From: Ascidiella aspersa
Taxonomy: Eukaryota
Assembly: GCA_963924565.1 (NCBI GenBank)
Contig: OZ004608.1
Coordinates: 4,960,001 to 5,024,000 of the forward strand
Direction of reading: 5' to 3'
DNA: 64,000 nucleotides
Under the pieces are notes generated by a model. It saw only the letters and a program-made list of their open reading frames with translations, searched no databases and was not told where the DNA came from. Positions 26,437 through 39,400 of the stretch are shown here, piece by piece. Numbering within the stretch: the stretch's first letter is position 1; each line of letters opens with the position of its first letter. The translations under genes were made by a program, and so were the position numbers.

Positions 26437-28309
26437 GACTCCGCTTTTCACCGGCCTGTGAATGGCAAACCAGCTTGGAATGACATTATCGCTTTCGTTT
26501 GCTTCAACTAGTTGGGTTTAATACAGCCTGAATCGAATTCTGAGTGATCCTGAACGCAGGAACATAAACTATTTTAATTGATACCAGCAAAATCTATTAT
26601 GCAATTATTTAGGTGAATCAACATTTCAGTGTTTTTCATCTGTTTTTGATCACACTGAGCTTAAGAGTTATTTTGGGAAGTTTCTATTTTAAAATATTCG
26701 AAAGCCTCTTTTTTAAATATTCTTATGAAATTGCCTGAATAACCTTTGCTGACGCTTAGTGGTCGACATTTTACCAAGTGTTCACGACTTTCAAGTGATT
26801 TTCTCCCCAAAAAACAACCCTTACCCCCCTGGTAGGACATTTTGCCGCTTTTTTGTTTATTTTTAAACATGACTTCCCTCCTCGGCTTGTCGCCTGCGCC
26901 GCAGCGCCCCCAAGCGGGCGAAACTTGCTTTTTTACCGTCGAATAATAATCGGAATTTTCTATGCTCCCCTGAAACAGGTGCTAAAGCTCACACTTTTGG
27001 GAAAATCCCTAGCCATCCTATATAGCAAGTATATCTTTGCCCTTATTGCAGCTATAGTCCGGCTTGAAAAGCGCAAACCGGCGTTAACCCTGTGAAATAC
27101 ATAGTACAAGGCCCACTGCGAATTTGTCAAAAAACTTGTTTGATTAAAACGAAACTTATCGTGCTCTTTGAATGTTTCTTGTCGATATTATACCGCCCGT
27201 ATTGTGCTGTTAAGCTTGCCCTTTTAATTTCTTATGAATCATGTTTTTGGTTAAACGCCTAATAACAATACCTTGTTTAAACCCTCTTACGCCACCTTGC
27301 AGGTTGTTGAGTTGGTTAACTTCCAACGCGAGATGACGGCAAAGAGACTGCAAAGCGACCGACAAACTTCTGTCGCGTTTTCCGTTTTTGATCGTGTTCG
27401 TAAAACTTTTGGTTTTAAATAGTGGAAAAAACTATTATATATATTTTCTTGTTTTTAGAGTTACTATTATAGATATCTAAAATAGTTTAAGCTTGTTGTT
27501 TTATTAAAAATAAAATCTAATTATGTGTTTCTTTTACAATATTGTACCGTTTTTCCTTGTCGTTGTGTGTTATGTTGTATATATGTTTTTAGTGTTGCTT
27601 TTCAACGTGTTGTTCAACATTTTCCCGCGGAAAAAACATTTTTAATTCGCAAAAGATTATAAAAATTATCCCAAATAGTATTTTAATCACAAGGATCATC
27701 AAACTTATTACCCAAATAGTGTTTTAATGAAGAATATTTTGTCTAAAACGTTCTTAAGTTTTTAGCTGTCCAAGCCTAACCAAAAGCATTTACAGCGTGC
27801 CTTTCTATTTACCCGTGTGTTTTTGTTGTGGTTATTATTGTTGTTTGTTTTTTTGTGTGTGTGCTGTGTGCGTGTGTGTGTTTTTATTTTCCTTTTTCAG
27901 CCCGACCACCAAATGTTCTTCAATTGTTGCGTCACACCGAAGCGTGGACCAAACAATTTTGTTTTTATTCTATTTCTATTGAATTGTGTCTGTGACGAAA
28001 TACCTTCCCTTGTTGTTGAAGCGTGTTACGTCATAATCGACATATTCAAAGCCAGTTCGATTTCAAGTTCCCTCCAAATCGTTGCTGCCCCCTATTTAAC
28101 TTTTTTTGCCACGGGGCGTTTAGCATCTGTAAATATCCTTGTCTGTATATATTTGATGTTTGCATTTCTATTTCCTATTGAAACAACAACAAAAAAGTTA
28201 GCTGATTTAATAACAGCCCAGCAGGGCACATACTTTTTGCGGTACCGATCATTTACCTGACAACATAAATGCACATACAATCTTGTACTGACAGCTAAAT
28301 TTTTCGAAC

Positions 28310-28315
28310 AATAAA
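28310..28315 (+). other. Probable polyadenylation signal of the zf-3CxxC gene (long U/UG-rich 3'UTR from 26437)
   Basis: AATAAA followed by T/GT-rich sequence, at the end of a ~1.9-kb T/TG-rich tract. Confidence 0.45.
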
Positions 28316-29341
28316 ACTTCTTTTGGCTTGAAATTTTCTGTTCTTCAGTGTAGGTCGTTTTGTAGCGTTGGCAGAAAGTCTAAATAATTCATTCATAGTG
28401 CAGTAAATATATTATCATTAAGCATACTTTTGCACCTCATTGTTTGTGCATTATTTTGTATGCTTAGTTTTTCTGAGCTAATTGAAATGTTAGAAAAAAC
28501 GTATTGATTTAAAAATAAAACTTGCAGTCTTGTTGACAAATGGTAAAACATTATATTTTATAACACAAGTTAATGGTCCATATTTTTATACAAGGCTACC
28601 GAACAGTTTGCAAACGTACATTGCAGTTAAAATTAATTGATGCCTACAGCTTTGAAAAGCGCTAAAAACAAATCCAAAAGCGTGGAATCAATTATTACTT
28701 AATTACTTCATTCGCATTACTAGTTGAGGCTGTAAGTAAAGCTTCTCAAATACTTAATAGTAAAATTTGAACTATAGGGAGTGATTGGTGCTTTATGGTT
28801 TTTAAAGCTTTTAAACTTTGTTAGATGGTTACATGTTAAGAATTCAGCTTAATTGGGCTAATATCAATGAAAGTATACTGCCTTAAAAGTTGGATATTAT
28901 CTTCTACTAAATCTCAGTTAAAGAGGTTATAAATAAACTGAACAGGTATTGAGGAAAAATTACCAAGAAATCTTTCTTTTTAACGATTTTTTTTATAATT
29001 TCTACAAAAAAATCTGATGTACCAAAACCTAAAACTTAAAATGACGTAGTATACTGCTGGCAATTTAGAACTGAAAAAAGTATCGCAATATAAACTGACT
29101 TTTTTGATTTTACCAACCTGCAGGGTTTTGTCATATTGCTTAATGTAATATTGTTTAAAAACTTTTTTCCAACTATGATGTCGTCATGTTGCGAAAATGC
29201 ATAGAAGACAACTAAAGAGACAAAACTTAGAGCTGAGAACGACGAAAATTGATAAAGAATAACACAGTAAGCTGCACCGTGTTTTATTATGTTTCATTTA
29301 GTCTAAATTTACTATACTAAATAGAAAACACTGCGTTAGAT

Positions 29342-29580
29342 CAGTGGTTTCCAACCGCGGTGCCATTTCTAATACTCAAGGATGCCGAGAGATATTGCCA
29401 ATTATTTTGGACTCCGAAGTTTGGCTCTATTATAGTGATTCTTTTTTTGTGTACGATTAGAGAGTTTCAGTCCAGTTTATTGCGATTTTACAATAAATGG
29501 GTAAATCCTAGTAAAGGTGCAGCAAAATATTCGTATTTTAAAGTTGGGAACATGGAAAAGCTGGGAACCGGGAACCACTG
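29342..29580. mobile_element. hAT-type MITE (related to 12954-13257/34830-35106)
   Basis: CAGTGGTTTCCAACC ... GGGAACCACTG; flanks CGTTAGAT / CGTTACGT. Confidence 0.7.
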
Positions 29581-29926
29581 CGTTACGTTAATTACCAGGG
29601 TTAAAATTGCACACTTAAATTAAGTATTAGATCATACAAACGTATTCAACTAATAGCTATTACAAATCCAATCTCGCTTTACCGAAAGCATTATATTTCG
29701 GTTAGTTTCAATCTCCGGAACCATCAAAACACACACGAATATAACGTTTAAAACAGCCACTGTATTTGAACTATATTTATAAAAAGCACATAACGTACAA
29801 GGCAACGTTTTTCTCTAGTAGCTTTTTGTCTCGAATTTCGTGTTGACCGACAAATTTGTTATGTGGTTTCGCTTTCCTTGTCAAAACCGAAGTGATCCAT
29901 CACTATAGTTAACCAACTGTTTTGCT

Positions 29927-29968
29927 GCAGCGTGTTACGCAGCGTGTTACGCAGCGTGTTACGCAGCG
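29927..29968. repeat. 12-bp tandem repeat (GCAGCGTGTTAC) x3.5
   Basis: Directly visible; gives the QRVT repeats in the ORF track. Confidence 0.9.
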
Positions 29969-31756
29969 TTTCTCAAATTGCGTGCCTCGCAGGATTAAGT
30001 TCATACGGAATAACTATTACTTGTCAAACTATACCCACAATTTGTGTCCGTCAAAATTTCACGCCAAAAACTGTTGCCAACTTCTGCAATGTGTACGCCA
30101 GAAACGCTTTTTTCATTGTAACACAGTGATTTTTACCTTAAATTGCGTCACAAGCGTGGTTTTGGGCAGAATTTCACGTCAAAGATGTTTGCGGAGGTCA
30201 CCAGAATGCTATCGGGCTGATAAGTCGCCAACTCGACCAACATGTCAATAAGGGCGCACTACCCATACGATTTCTAGTCATGACTTCGTCAATTTTTTAT
30301 AAGTTACATTTAGAATCAATTGTGTTAATTTTAACACATAACATAGGCAAAGCTTCTGAACTACTTCCAAAAACTTAATAAACACAATATGTAGCCTTAA
30401 CCAATTTATATTCATCACAAAAAGGCTATAATAATTAAGCAGCGCGATAATAATTGTTTAAGTAAGAATGGAAACATTCCTGCTTTAACTTGACTACCTA
30501 TTATCAAATATTTCTAATGATTTTTTTTAACCAACAACTTTATTGAAATGTGGCGCCATAAGCCAGTGGTTGGTCACCACCGGGTCGCAAAGGAAAAAAG
30601 TGTCAAGGTTTTCATTGCAGTTGTAATAAATTTCCACTTCTGAATATTGTTGTTTTTGAACCTGATAAAAGTTCAGGTTGAAACCGGTCCGCAGTAATAA
30701 AAAGGTTGCTAACTCCTGCCAAAAACGACCCTCATCAAAACCCCTTTTCCAGCTGTAGCGAGTGTTTAGTACATTGGTTCTTAACTGGGGTGCAGCGGCC
30801 TCCTGGTGTGATACAAATATTTGTGTACTATAGAGGCCATTATATTAAATGACATTTTCCTACATGTTTTAGGCTGGTTTTTGTTGTTCAAGTTCTATTT
30901 ATAGTGACATTTCAGTAAAATACCGCCGAAATTGTGTTTATTATTTTTGAGGGTTTCCATGATCCATAAACGCTTGAGAATCACTGGCTTTAGTATATCT
31001 TAACTATAGACAGCGAATATTCAAACGAAAGCCTATGTCACCAAAAAGGAAGTTTGCGTGTTTTTGTCTTTGGTCTTTGTTCATTCTGAAACGAATCAAG
31101 GACGAAAAACTCCGTATACGCGCGTAACTGAGCAACTGACGGCACGTACATCCGTAACAGAGAAGCCGATATAATCAACATCAATCTCTTGATGACGTAT
31201 GTTCGTGATCGGGTGAGACTTAAAACGTAGCAGTCGTATAATATTCGTATATACAATTGTATCAGTTCTTTGAAACATGTATTAGTATAGATAGATGTGT
31301 CAGACTAATGTGTCTATTTTGTTGTTGGGCAAACTTGTTAGGGTTTTATTTCTTTTAGTATGTGTTGTTTCTATGTGTAAATTATGTCTTAAATGGGCAT
31401 ATTTTTGGTTTGTAATTATCCCTGGAAAATTAGTTGTCTTTAAACGCTGGAAAATTAACTATTACTCGAATGTGACTTTTTTTGTCCATTGACATGTAAA
31501 AATACAATTATCAATTTAAATTTAAGTTTTGTACGATTCATGGCTTGTTTAGTGCTTGAGAATTGCTATTAATTACAGTCAATCATTAGGAACCAAGTTT
31601 TATACTTTATTATAAACACAAAATTTATCATTTTTTGTGCTTCTAGGACAATTTTGCTGAAAAACGACTTGCTGGAATCCTAAGGACACAGTAACATTGT
31701 CCTGACACGCAGCACCCAACTGTACTGTACCGGACAATATCTTGTAGAATTGTACA

Positions 31757-34700
31757 ATGAAGTTGACATTATGCTTAATTTGTTGCTTAATGCTGGAGTT
31801 TGTTCGGAGCGAATGGGTTTCATTTTACGGGCGTGATTACTTTCTCGAACTCAATACTAAGGGAAGCCGCTATTACGCAGAGAGGAAATGTAGAGAGATG
31901 AACTCCACTCTGGCAACTATGAAACATCTGGCCACCAGAAAACTGCTGACGGATTTCGCCTACGAGGCCTCAAGTAAGATTTATAGCTGTGTGCTCGCTA
32001 AGTAGGAGTGTATACCTTAAAAGGTAGAGTTTAAAACTCTGCCATCTATAGGAATGGAGAATGTTTATCCAATATAAACAGTTTTCGTCTGATATACATT
32101 AGCACCTATTTTTTTAATTTTAACTTGTTTATTTACTTCGGCTAGGATAAGACGTATTATCCTGATCTAAAATGTTCTTCACTGTTATTTTTTTTTTAAG
32201 TCACAAATTTTTTTATGAAATAATTGTCAATAGGCATTAACAACAGTCTAGTCATATCATGCAAAAAAAGGAAAAAAGTTTGCTTGACCAAATTTGTTTT
32301 AAAAGCAAAAAAAAATAAAAATAAAAATTTGTTGTTTCAGTTATAAAAAGTTTTACCTTAATTGGTTCCTTATCGTCAATTTTTACATTAAACTTCGTAC
32401 CAACCAAATGAAAAAAATTCGTCCAGTATTTAATGCTGAAAGCCTAGAAAATACTTTCAGAATCGGTCGAGGCAATAACCGTCGCCTTTGCCAAATCGCA
32501 ATATACGTGAGCTAATGACATCACGCGTGTATATCGCTAAAAAGTTGGTGGGGTTGATTAATATCGATCTCTGGCGTGCTGGTGCAAAGTTATTGACTAA
32601 GTTGCGACACAAACTGTCGCGTCGTGTATTTTTAAACTTTGTCCTGCGACCAGCGATCTATTTTATAAAATGGACATAGACCATTCCTTATAATTGTTTG
32701 AATATTTCAACTTCGTAAAGAAAATTAGTTGAGCGCCTCGCGCATACATCTTGTTCCTGCATCGAATGTAATATCCAGTTAGAATCGTTTTCAATTGCAA
32801 AAAATCCGAGTTTTATCCATGATTAATAGTCGTTGCGGTTGTTATAATAAGATGCGTAAAGTCTACACAGTTCAAATTTCAGAAAACCTTTCTGAGTTTG
32901 GTTTTGGCCCGCGACTAGAAAAAAGTTGCCCACACCTGGTCTAAAGTGAAATATGCACTAGACTAATTGTACAAGTCGGTTTTAGCTAAGCATTTCAACG
33001 ACTACCTTAAAAGGTCAACTGCAATGTCGGCCACAATTTGTCAGTCAAGCAAATGTGTGCGTTAGTTAATCGTTGTGCGGTATATTGTAAGGGAACCGTT
33101 TGTCAGACACGTTACATCAGCGCATAAACATAGCAACCGGCTTCAATGTTTCATGTTGTTTTCGCGTGACGATTAACAGTTTATGCTTCTCACGTTTTAG
33201 TTCGCGCACGACATGAAAATTGAAATATGTTAGAGGCACAGCATTTTTGACAAAACTACAAAACTGATGTTGAAACTAAATAAAGAATTCTTATTCGAAA
33301 CGTTCAAAATGCTACCAACTTTTGTATGGGATTTTATATTTTTACTACATCCTCCAACCACTGTAATGTTCCAAATAAAAATAAAATTTGATCAAGGTTT
33401 TTTTCTCGTAATATGCGGACATAGGTAAATACCATTAAATTATTAGTTGCCCAGAAAATAGGTTTCATTTAAACCTTGCTTGTAAGCTTACTGGCCTATG
33501 AATAAAGTAAATGGTTTGTTTTTCGAAATTATAAAAAGTTTCGCGGCACATCGACTAATCTCTTGGAACACACTAAAGCAGGAGTTCTTAAAAGGAGGCA
33601 AGAAATTATTAAAAATGACGTCATGAATTGAAGTCACAATTAAATAGCCTGTCAGAAATATGCTAATGGTTTAAGTAAAAAGGAGTCTAACGTTCAGTGG
33701 TAAAACGTTTTATTTTTAATTAAATTCTTCTTTTTAATTTGATTACTTTTCAAACGTACACTAACATTTCAATTTGGCCTTCATGGACCCCCTGAAATTA
33801 GTTCACGGACCCCAGTTTAAGAACCCCTGCACTAAAGGAACGGAGCATACAGCGAATTTAAAGAGTAAAAATCTGCCTTTTCATCGTGTTATGTGCTCCT
33901 TTGAACATCGATTTCCAGTATGCAAAACTTGCCAATGTGAACTAAATCGTTACCAATGACGCTTTCACCAAAATCATGTTGGGCTGATTTCTTGTCTGTC
34001 GGATAAATAATCGTGGTGTTTGTAAATTTTATGAATGGGAAGTTGCATGTCCATAACCACATTTTATCACATAACCACATTTTATCTTGGTACATAACCA
34101 CATTTTATCTTGGCAAAGCCTTATTGTTTCTACTTCGGCATTGGATCGGATCGCGATGCTTTAGGTCAAAAATATCGGTTATCGATATCGAAAAAAAGAC
34201 AATTAATCATCGGACAACCCTATTGTAGTTTAAACAAATATTAAAAACAAATTGTTTACCATCTTGCTTTTATCGCAGAGGAAAAGCCGTACTGTTACTA
34301 CTTCGGCCTTAGTCGCATTCCAGGCACCAAAAAGTTCCAGTGGGTTGACGGATCCGTTCTGAACATGAGCAACTCGAACTGGGCGCCACGGGAGCCGAAC
34401 AACAAGCGCTACATGGAACCAGACAACGTCGACTGTGTTGTGATGGGAAGACCATCGCGCAAACAGCTCGGCTTTCCTTGGTACGACATGGGCTGTATGC
34501 AGACCTGCGGCTTCTTTTGTCAACGGATCTTAGGTGCGTATAACTATTTGAAAGTTGATGTCGAAGTCAGTCAACAGTCAATGAACACAATGATGGTTAC
34601 AACAACCTGGTTCTTTAACTCGAATGAATCAAATAAACAAAGGTTACCAACCATATCAATCGACACAAAATAAATACAAAACTCAAATTAGCACCGCAAC

Positions 34701-36443
34701 AAAAGTAACTGGTAAAACCAACAAAGGCACGTCTCAAATGAATGACACAAAAAAGACACGTTTCTGTTCTACTCGGAGCAGTGTGTAATTATAATAAAAC
34801 ACTAAAATGTTAACAGCTATGACCTAAGCCAGTGGTTCTCAACCGGGGTACCGCGGCCCTGGGGTGCAATTTCTAATGTTCCAAGGGTGCCGAGAGAAAT
34901 ATGAGGATCTTTAAGAATCTGATTTTTTGCTCGACTCTATAACTTTTTTGTAAAGATTAAAGTGCAATAAATCCAATTATAACTTCCTAGGTTCTGTAAG
35001 AGTTTATGTGTGCTGTTGTAGTTCCGTTAATTGTGACGTTCTAGTCAATTCCCTACGGAAAATTCCAGTCGGGATGCCTCCAACCCTAAAAGGTTGAGAA
35101 ACACTGACCTAAGTAGTACATGAATTAGATATTTGCATGCAAATGGCCAGGTTGGAAGGTTTAGCGGTGAGGTTCAAACTTGAAAACGCCGCCATACGTA
35201 TAAATGATTTGATTTAAAATATAAAGGCCACAGCATTCGGTAAGATCGACATATAATTCTTTTTCAAACGAGTTAGGAGTAGTGATATCCGCTAATGTCT
35301 GATCAGAGCCGATACCCGATGCCAAGTGTTAGTATCAGTGCTCGTTCGATACTAGGGTGGCATCGGTGCTGATCCGCTATTAAATCAACATAGGAATTTT
35401 AGGCGTGATTTGTGATTTAACGTAGCCATGCTACATGTTTGCTAAACATTTATATTTTGAAATGACTGAAGCTTAGTTTGTTTTTAACTAATATCAAGTC
35501 GAATTCGAGTCCAATTTTTGCCAAAGCAAGTCACGCCTAAGAGGAGTCGGTTGACAACCAGTCATCTGAATAGTCAAGATAAAAAGTTTAAATTAAGCTA
35601 CCATAATTTATAAACAGCGTTTTTTGTGCATAAAGACAACGATATAAAATCTTTTTTTTTTTTTTATATTTCAGGTCATTTGTTATGGATTGAGTCATTT
35701 TATTGTGGCCTAGATCTTTTTATTGCCTAACTTTTTTACGGCTTCAATCTTTGTTATGGATTAGGTCTTTTTTATGGCCTAGGTTTTTTATGGCTTAGAT
35801 CATTTTTATGGTGTAATCATTTTTATGGCTTCATCATTTTTTTATGGCCATTACAACCTTTGATTTGCCAATGCTAACTGTCGGTTGTAAAGCTCATATT
35901 TTTTACCCATTGTTGCAGAGGATGTTGATACTGGCAAGCTATCGTCTCGCATCTACGATCCTTTCGTGAGAAACGTGATCATTGGGGTTGTGATGGGAAT
36001 CATTGCACTTCTGGTCATTGTTACTGTCTTCTCAGTATACTACTACAAAAAGGTGAGTGAGGTTTTTTTTATCGTCAGGTGAAACATTCGAGTTACGATT
36101 TTGGCCGAACTGCAACATTCTGCCTTTTATTAAAATTGTTTTAGATCTTTTATGTTTTTTTAACTTTGTGGTTCTTTTAGATGTTATGACATGGAATAAA
36201 AATACAACAACTGACAGTGTTGGGAACAGGTTAAATCTATATATTATCCTAAACATATTAGCAGTATTATTGTTTTAACTTTACCCAATCCGTGGTAAAA
36301 GTTTTAAAGAGTTATGAAATAATCTTTGTCGACCATTAACCAAAGTGAATATGCAAGCCTATGTTTTCGACTTCCAAGACTTGTGTATAAACACCATTAC
36401 ATGTTTTCTGCAGACTCGAAAGGAGTACAAAGTCAATCAATAG
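31757..36443 (+). CDS. C-type lectin A: signal peptide, CTLD, TM, short tail, ~211 aa. Exons 31757-31973, 34279-34533, 35919-36052, 36414-36443
   Basis: MKLTLCLICCLMLEFVRS signal; CTLD with C...LA, YYFGL, FQWVDGS, WAPREPNN, DCVVM, WYDMGC...FFC; TM VIIGVVMGIIALLVIVTVFSVYYY; tail KKTRKEYKVNQ*. Canonical, phase-compatible splice sites. Confidence 0.88.
33579..33829. mobile_element. hAT-type MITE with perfect 8-bp TSD
   Basis: TIRs CAGGAGTTCTTAAA / TTTAAGAACCCCTG; TSD CACTAAAG on both sides. Confidence 0.88.
34830..35106. mobile_element. hAT-type MITE (inverted sibling of 12954-13257)
   Basis: CAGTGGTTCTCAACC / GGTTGAGAAACACTG; flanks ACCTAAGC / ACCTAAGT; the interior aligns to the reverse complement of the 12954 copy. 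Confidence 0.88.
35685..35850. repeat. Degenerate TTTTATGG(C/A)-based minisatellite in a lectin A intron
   Basis: Repeated ~17-20-bp units of the form TTTTTATGGCxTAGxTC. Confidence 0.75.
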
Positions 36444-39189
36444 CAGCAAGAGCAACGCAAGAGAAGATGTTTAATTTTTCCTACTTTTTATGCCGTTTTT
36501 AACCGTGCTTTACGTAGGACAAAGATTTTAAACAAATTCAGCCTAAAATACCGGACCTGTAATTCCCTAGGTAGTAAGTTCGAATCTCACCATACCCCCT
36601 TTATTTTACACTTGTTGGAATGTGGATGTCGGGTGGTATTTAATTAATGCTAACGGTATCCTATTTTTTTAAAGTCCAGTGTAACCATTTGGGAACTGTG
36701 TAAACCCTTAGGAGCATAACATGCGGTTCCATTTTGAATACACTCTAAAAAACGTTCTTTTTCATGAACACTGTTCTTTAAATAACGACGGATTTAGGGA
36801 ACTCCGAAATAAATGTTTATCGGTTTCCAAAGTGGAAACATTCGAATAATTTTGGTTTACATGTTGCAATTCCTTTGTTTTTCTTTCAGTGTATCATATT
36901 AGCGTTATGCAATTTAGTATTTGCCTTTAGGTGTACATCTTCATTGTTTTATTGTGTGATTTATTGCAAATATACAACGTAGCCAAACATATTGTAGGTT
37001 TGTCTGACAATAGCAGGCCCCATAAAGCTATAAAAATGTATATGAATATACATACTGAACTGTAAGGCTATTTGTTATCGGCTTCTTGGTCAAGGTCGTA
37101 AGTTCGAACCTCACCGCAGCCTAGAATATTCGAGCCATGTCCTGCCGGTATTATAACACTAACTGGGCTGGTTGGTTTCGGTAACTTGTTTTATGCAAAC
37201 CGGGTAACGTTTACCAATTATTGTCGTTGGAAATACTGGGGCTAAAATGTCAAAATTAGGCATGTATTTCTTTAAAAGCCAGCTTTTTTGGATTTTCCGC
37301 ATTTTTTTATCAACTTTTGTTGCGATTTATAGAAAGGCAAATCATGGGTTTTCTTTTATAATATACATAAATGTAATTTTCTTCAAGTGTACTATTAAAC
37401 GATAAAGTATTTTTACAAAAAGATTTCCCTTTGCTTTAAAATTGTGCGTTTGTATAGACACAAAACAAATCTTTGCAATCCATACCTAATTACCTTCTAT
37501 ATTTATCGTTAAATCTGTTTTACCTTAGTGTTTTCTTAACGTCCTAAGACCACAGCTTTGGTAATAGTATCCAAGCTGGTGCGCATTACTACAACCCATT
37601 CATAATGCAGTGAAAGTCACCACCCTTCCACCGTAAATCATATTTATCTTATCTGGACAATATTTAAATCGGGCTAGTTCGGTTCTCACGTTCAATGTGC
37701 GTCAATGGTTTTCGAGGCAACATTGCTGGTAAATAACAAGCAAAGGTAATGTAAGCATACGAAAACAGTTATTTCGGATGTACAGATTTAAGAAAGGTTC
37801 TCGAAGGACTTGTCACAAACAAGATACAATAACAGTGTTAGAAAAGGACAATTTAAGTTCTGTGTTTTTTCGCTTGCATTCGTTTTAATGAACAAGTTAG
37901 GCAAACGATAAATAAGCTTTTTTTTAACTGGTTGTATTTATTTTGCTCTAGAATTCTACACGGCTACAAACTAGTTAAACAGGAAAAACACAGGCGTTAA
38001 ACTTAATTCACATATAATTTACGGACATCAACAAATTTCTACTCGGAATTCACTTATACTGCCCGAAGTATTTTGTTTTTATAGGTTGCCACTTTTGAAC
38101 CGACAAAATCAGTGCCTAACCTTTGGCGGTCAATACGAAAACAAAAATGTACTTACGAATAGTTCTTTTTGTAAAGTATCTTGTTTCGTTTTCGTTTTCT
38201 TTTTTTTCTTGTAAAAATGCTTAGCCGTTCCCTGAAATCTACGGACGGTTTTATAGGTTTTGCATATAGGCCTATATACTGTTGTGCCGAAACACCTTCA
38301 AATCTATTTAACTATCCTTCCACAGTAGGCTCGCTGCGTACCAGTAAAAAGTTTTCAAATGTAACGCTAATTGTGTTTAATATAATGTATTTGGTTTTGT
38401 ATTTACGAATAGTCTTTTTGTTGTAGCCTATCTTGATTCGTATTGCTTTCTTTTATATGAAAAAATAATGAACTTGAATTGAATCACAGCCAGGGGGCAG
38501 CTGACTAGATGACTTAACAGTCTTTCGCCGCCCCCTGGGAACTACGGACGCTTCTTTATTATTTCAAATTTTGCATGCATGGTACCGGTACCGTTGTTCC
38601 GAAATAAGTTTAAATCTATCTATCTATCTGATGTGCCAGTCAGGGCTGGATCGAAGCTTTTTGTTTGAGGTGGATTGCAGGGCGGAAATACAATTTCGTA
38701 TTAAACTATATTAACTTGATGATCGTTCAACGAAGTAAATGCAACATAAACTGTATACTATGCTTAAACAAAATGTCGTACAATTAAATATTTTATAAAA
38801 AATTTAGTTTGAAATTGCACCCGGCAAGATTTCAACTGAACTTGTCTTCATTAGGAATAAAGTTATAGGGATGGTAGAATTAACTCTGTGGGCTGTAGTT
38901 CGTTGTCCCCTGGTCTAATTTAACAGTAATTGCGCTTCCCAGAGTATGAGCCACCCGGCGCAATGTGTAATATTCCTTACTCCATGTGTCAATATAACTC
39001 ATATTTTACCAAATTTTATCAACCAAAACCTCTGATTTATACTTGATAATAATGAATTTAAATAGCCGAAAATGGAAGAATTTTCATTGTTAAAATGCGA
39101 TTGAAAATCCAAGGTTATGCCTACCAAACTAACATTATAAAACGCCCTTTTTACTAATGTGACGCGATTACGTATGCTGTGCATGGCAG

Positions 39190-39400
39190 ACATTGTCTAT
39201 GACGCATTAGTGTACTTCCCCCATAAGAGTTGCCAAATAGCGCAATATAGGCGGTACGATTCATGGAATTAGAAATGTGCGTGATAACTTTGCGGTATGA
39301 CGCAAAACATTATCCTGCTTTCTACTAAAGTGTTTAACTGACCTTTTGCAAGTTCGAAATATTATTTCCTTGATTCATTGAAAACGAACAACTGTTGAGC
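39190..39400 (+). promoter_or_regulatory. Conserved upstream block of lectin B (paralogous to 47075-47290 upstream of lectin C)
   Basis: Shared CTATGACGC.TTAGT..ACTTCC, GAAATGT.CGTGA, TGACGCAAAACA...CTTTCTACTAAAG and TTCCTTG.TTCATTGAAA. Donor TTTAG|GTAAAT near 39479 suggests a 5'UTR exon. Confidence 0.6.

Noticed and set aside
27797-28280. Hydrophobic, Cys-rich ORFs up to 147 aa
   Set aside because: Arise from the T/G-rich putative 3'UTR; non-ATG starts and no domain features.
29922-30251. ORF with QRVT repeats
   Set aside because: Produced by a 12-bp tandem repeat; non-ATG start; no coding signature.
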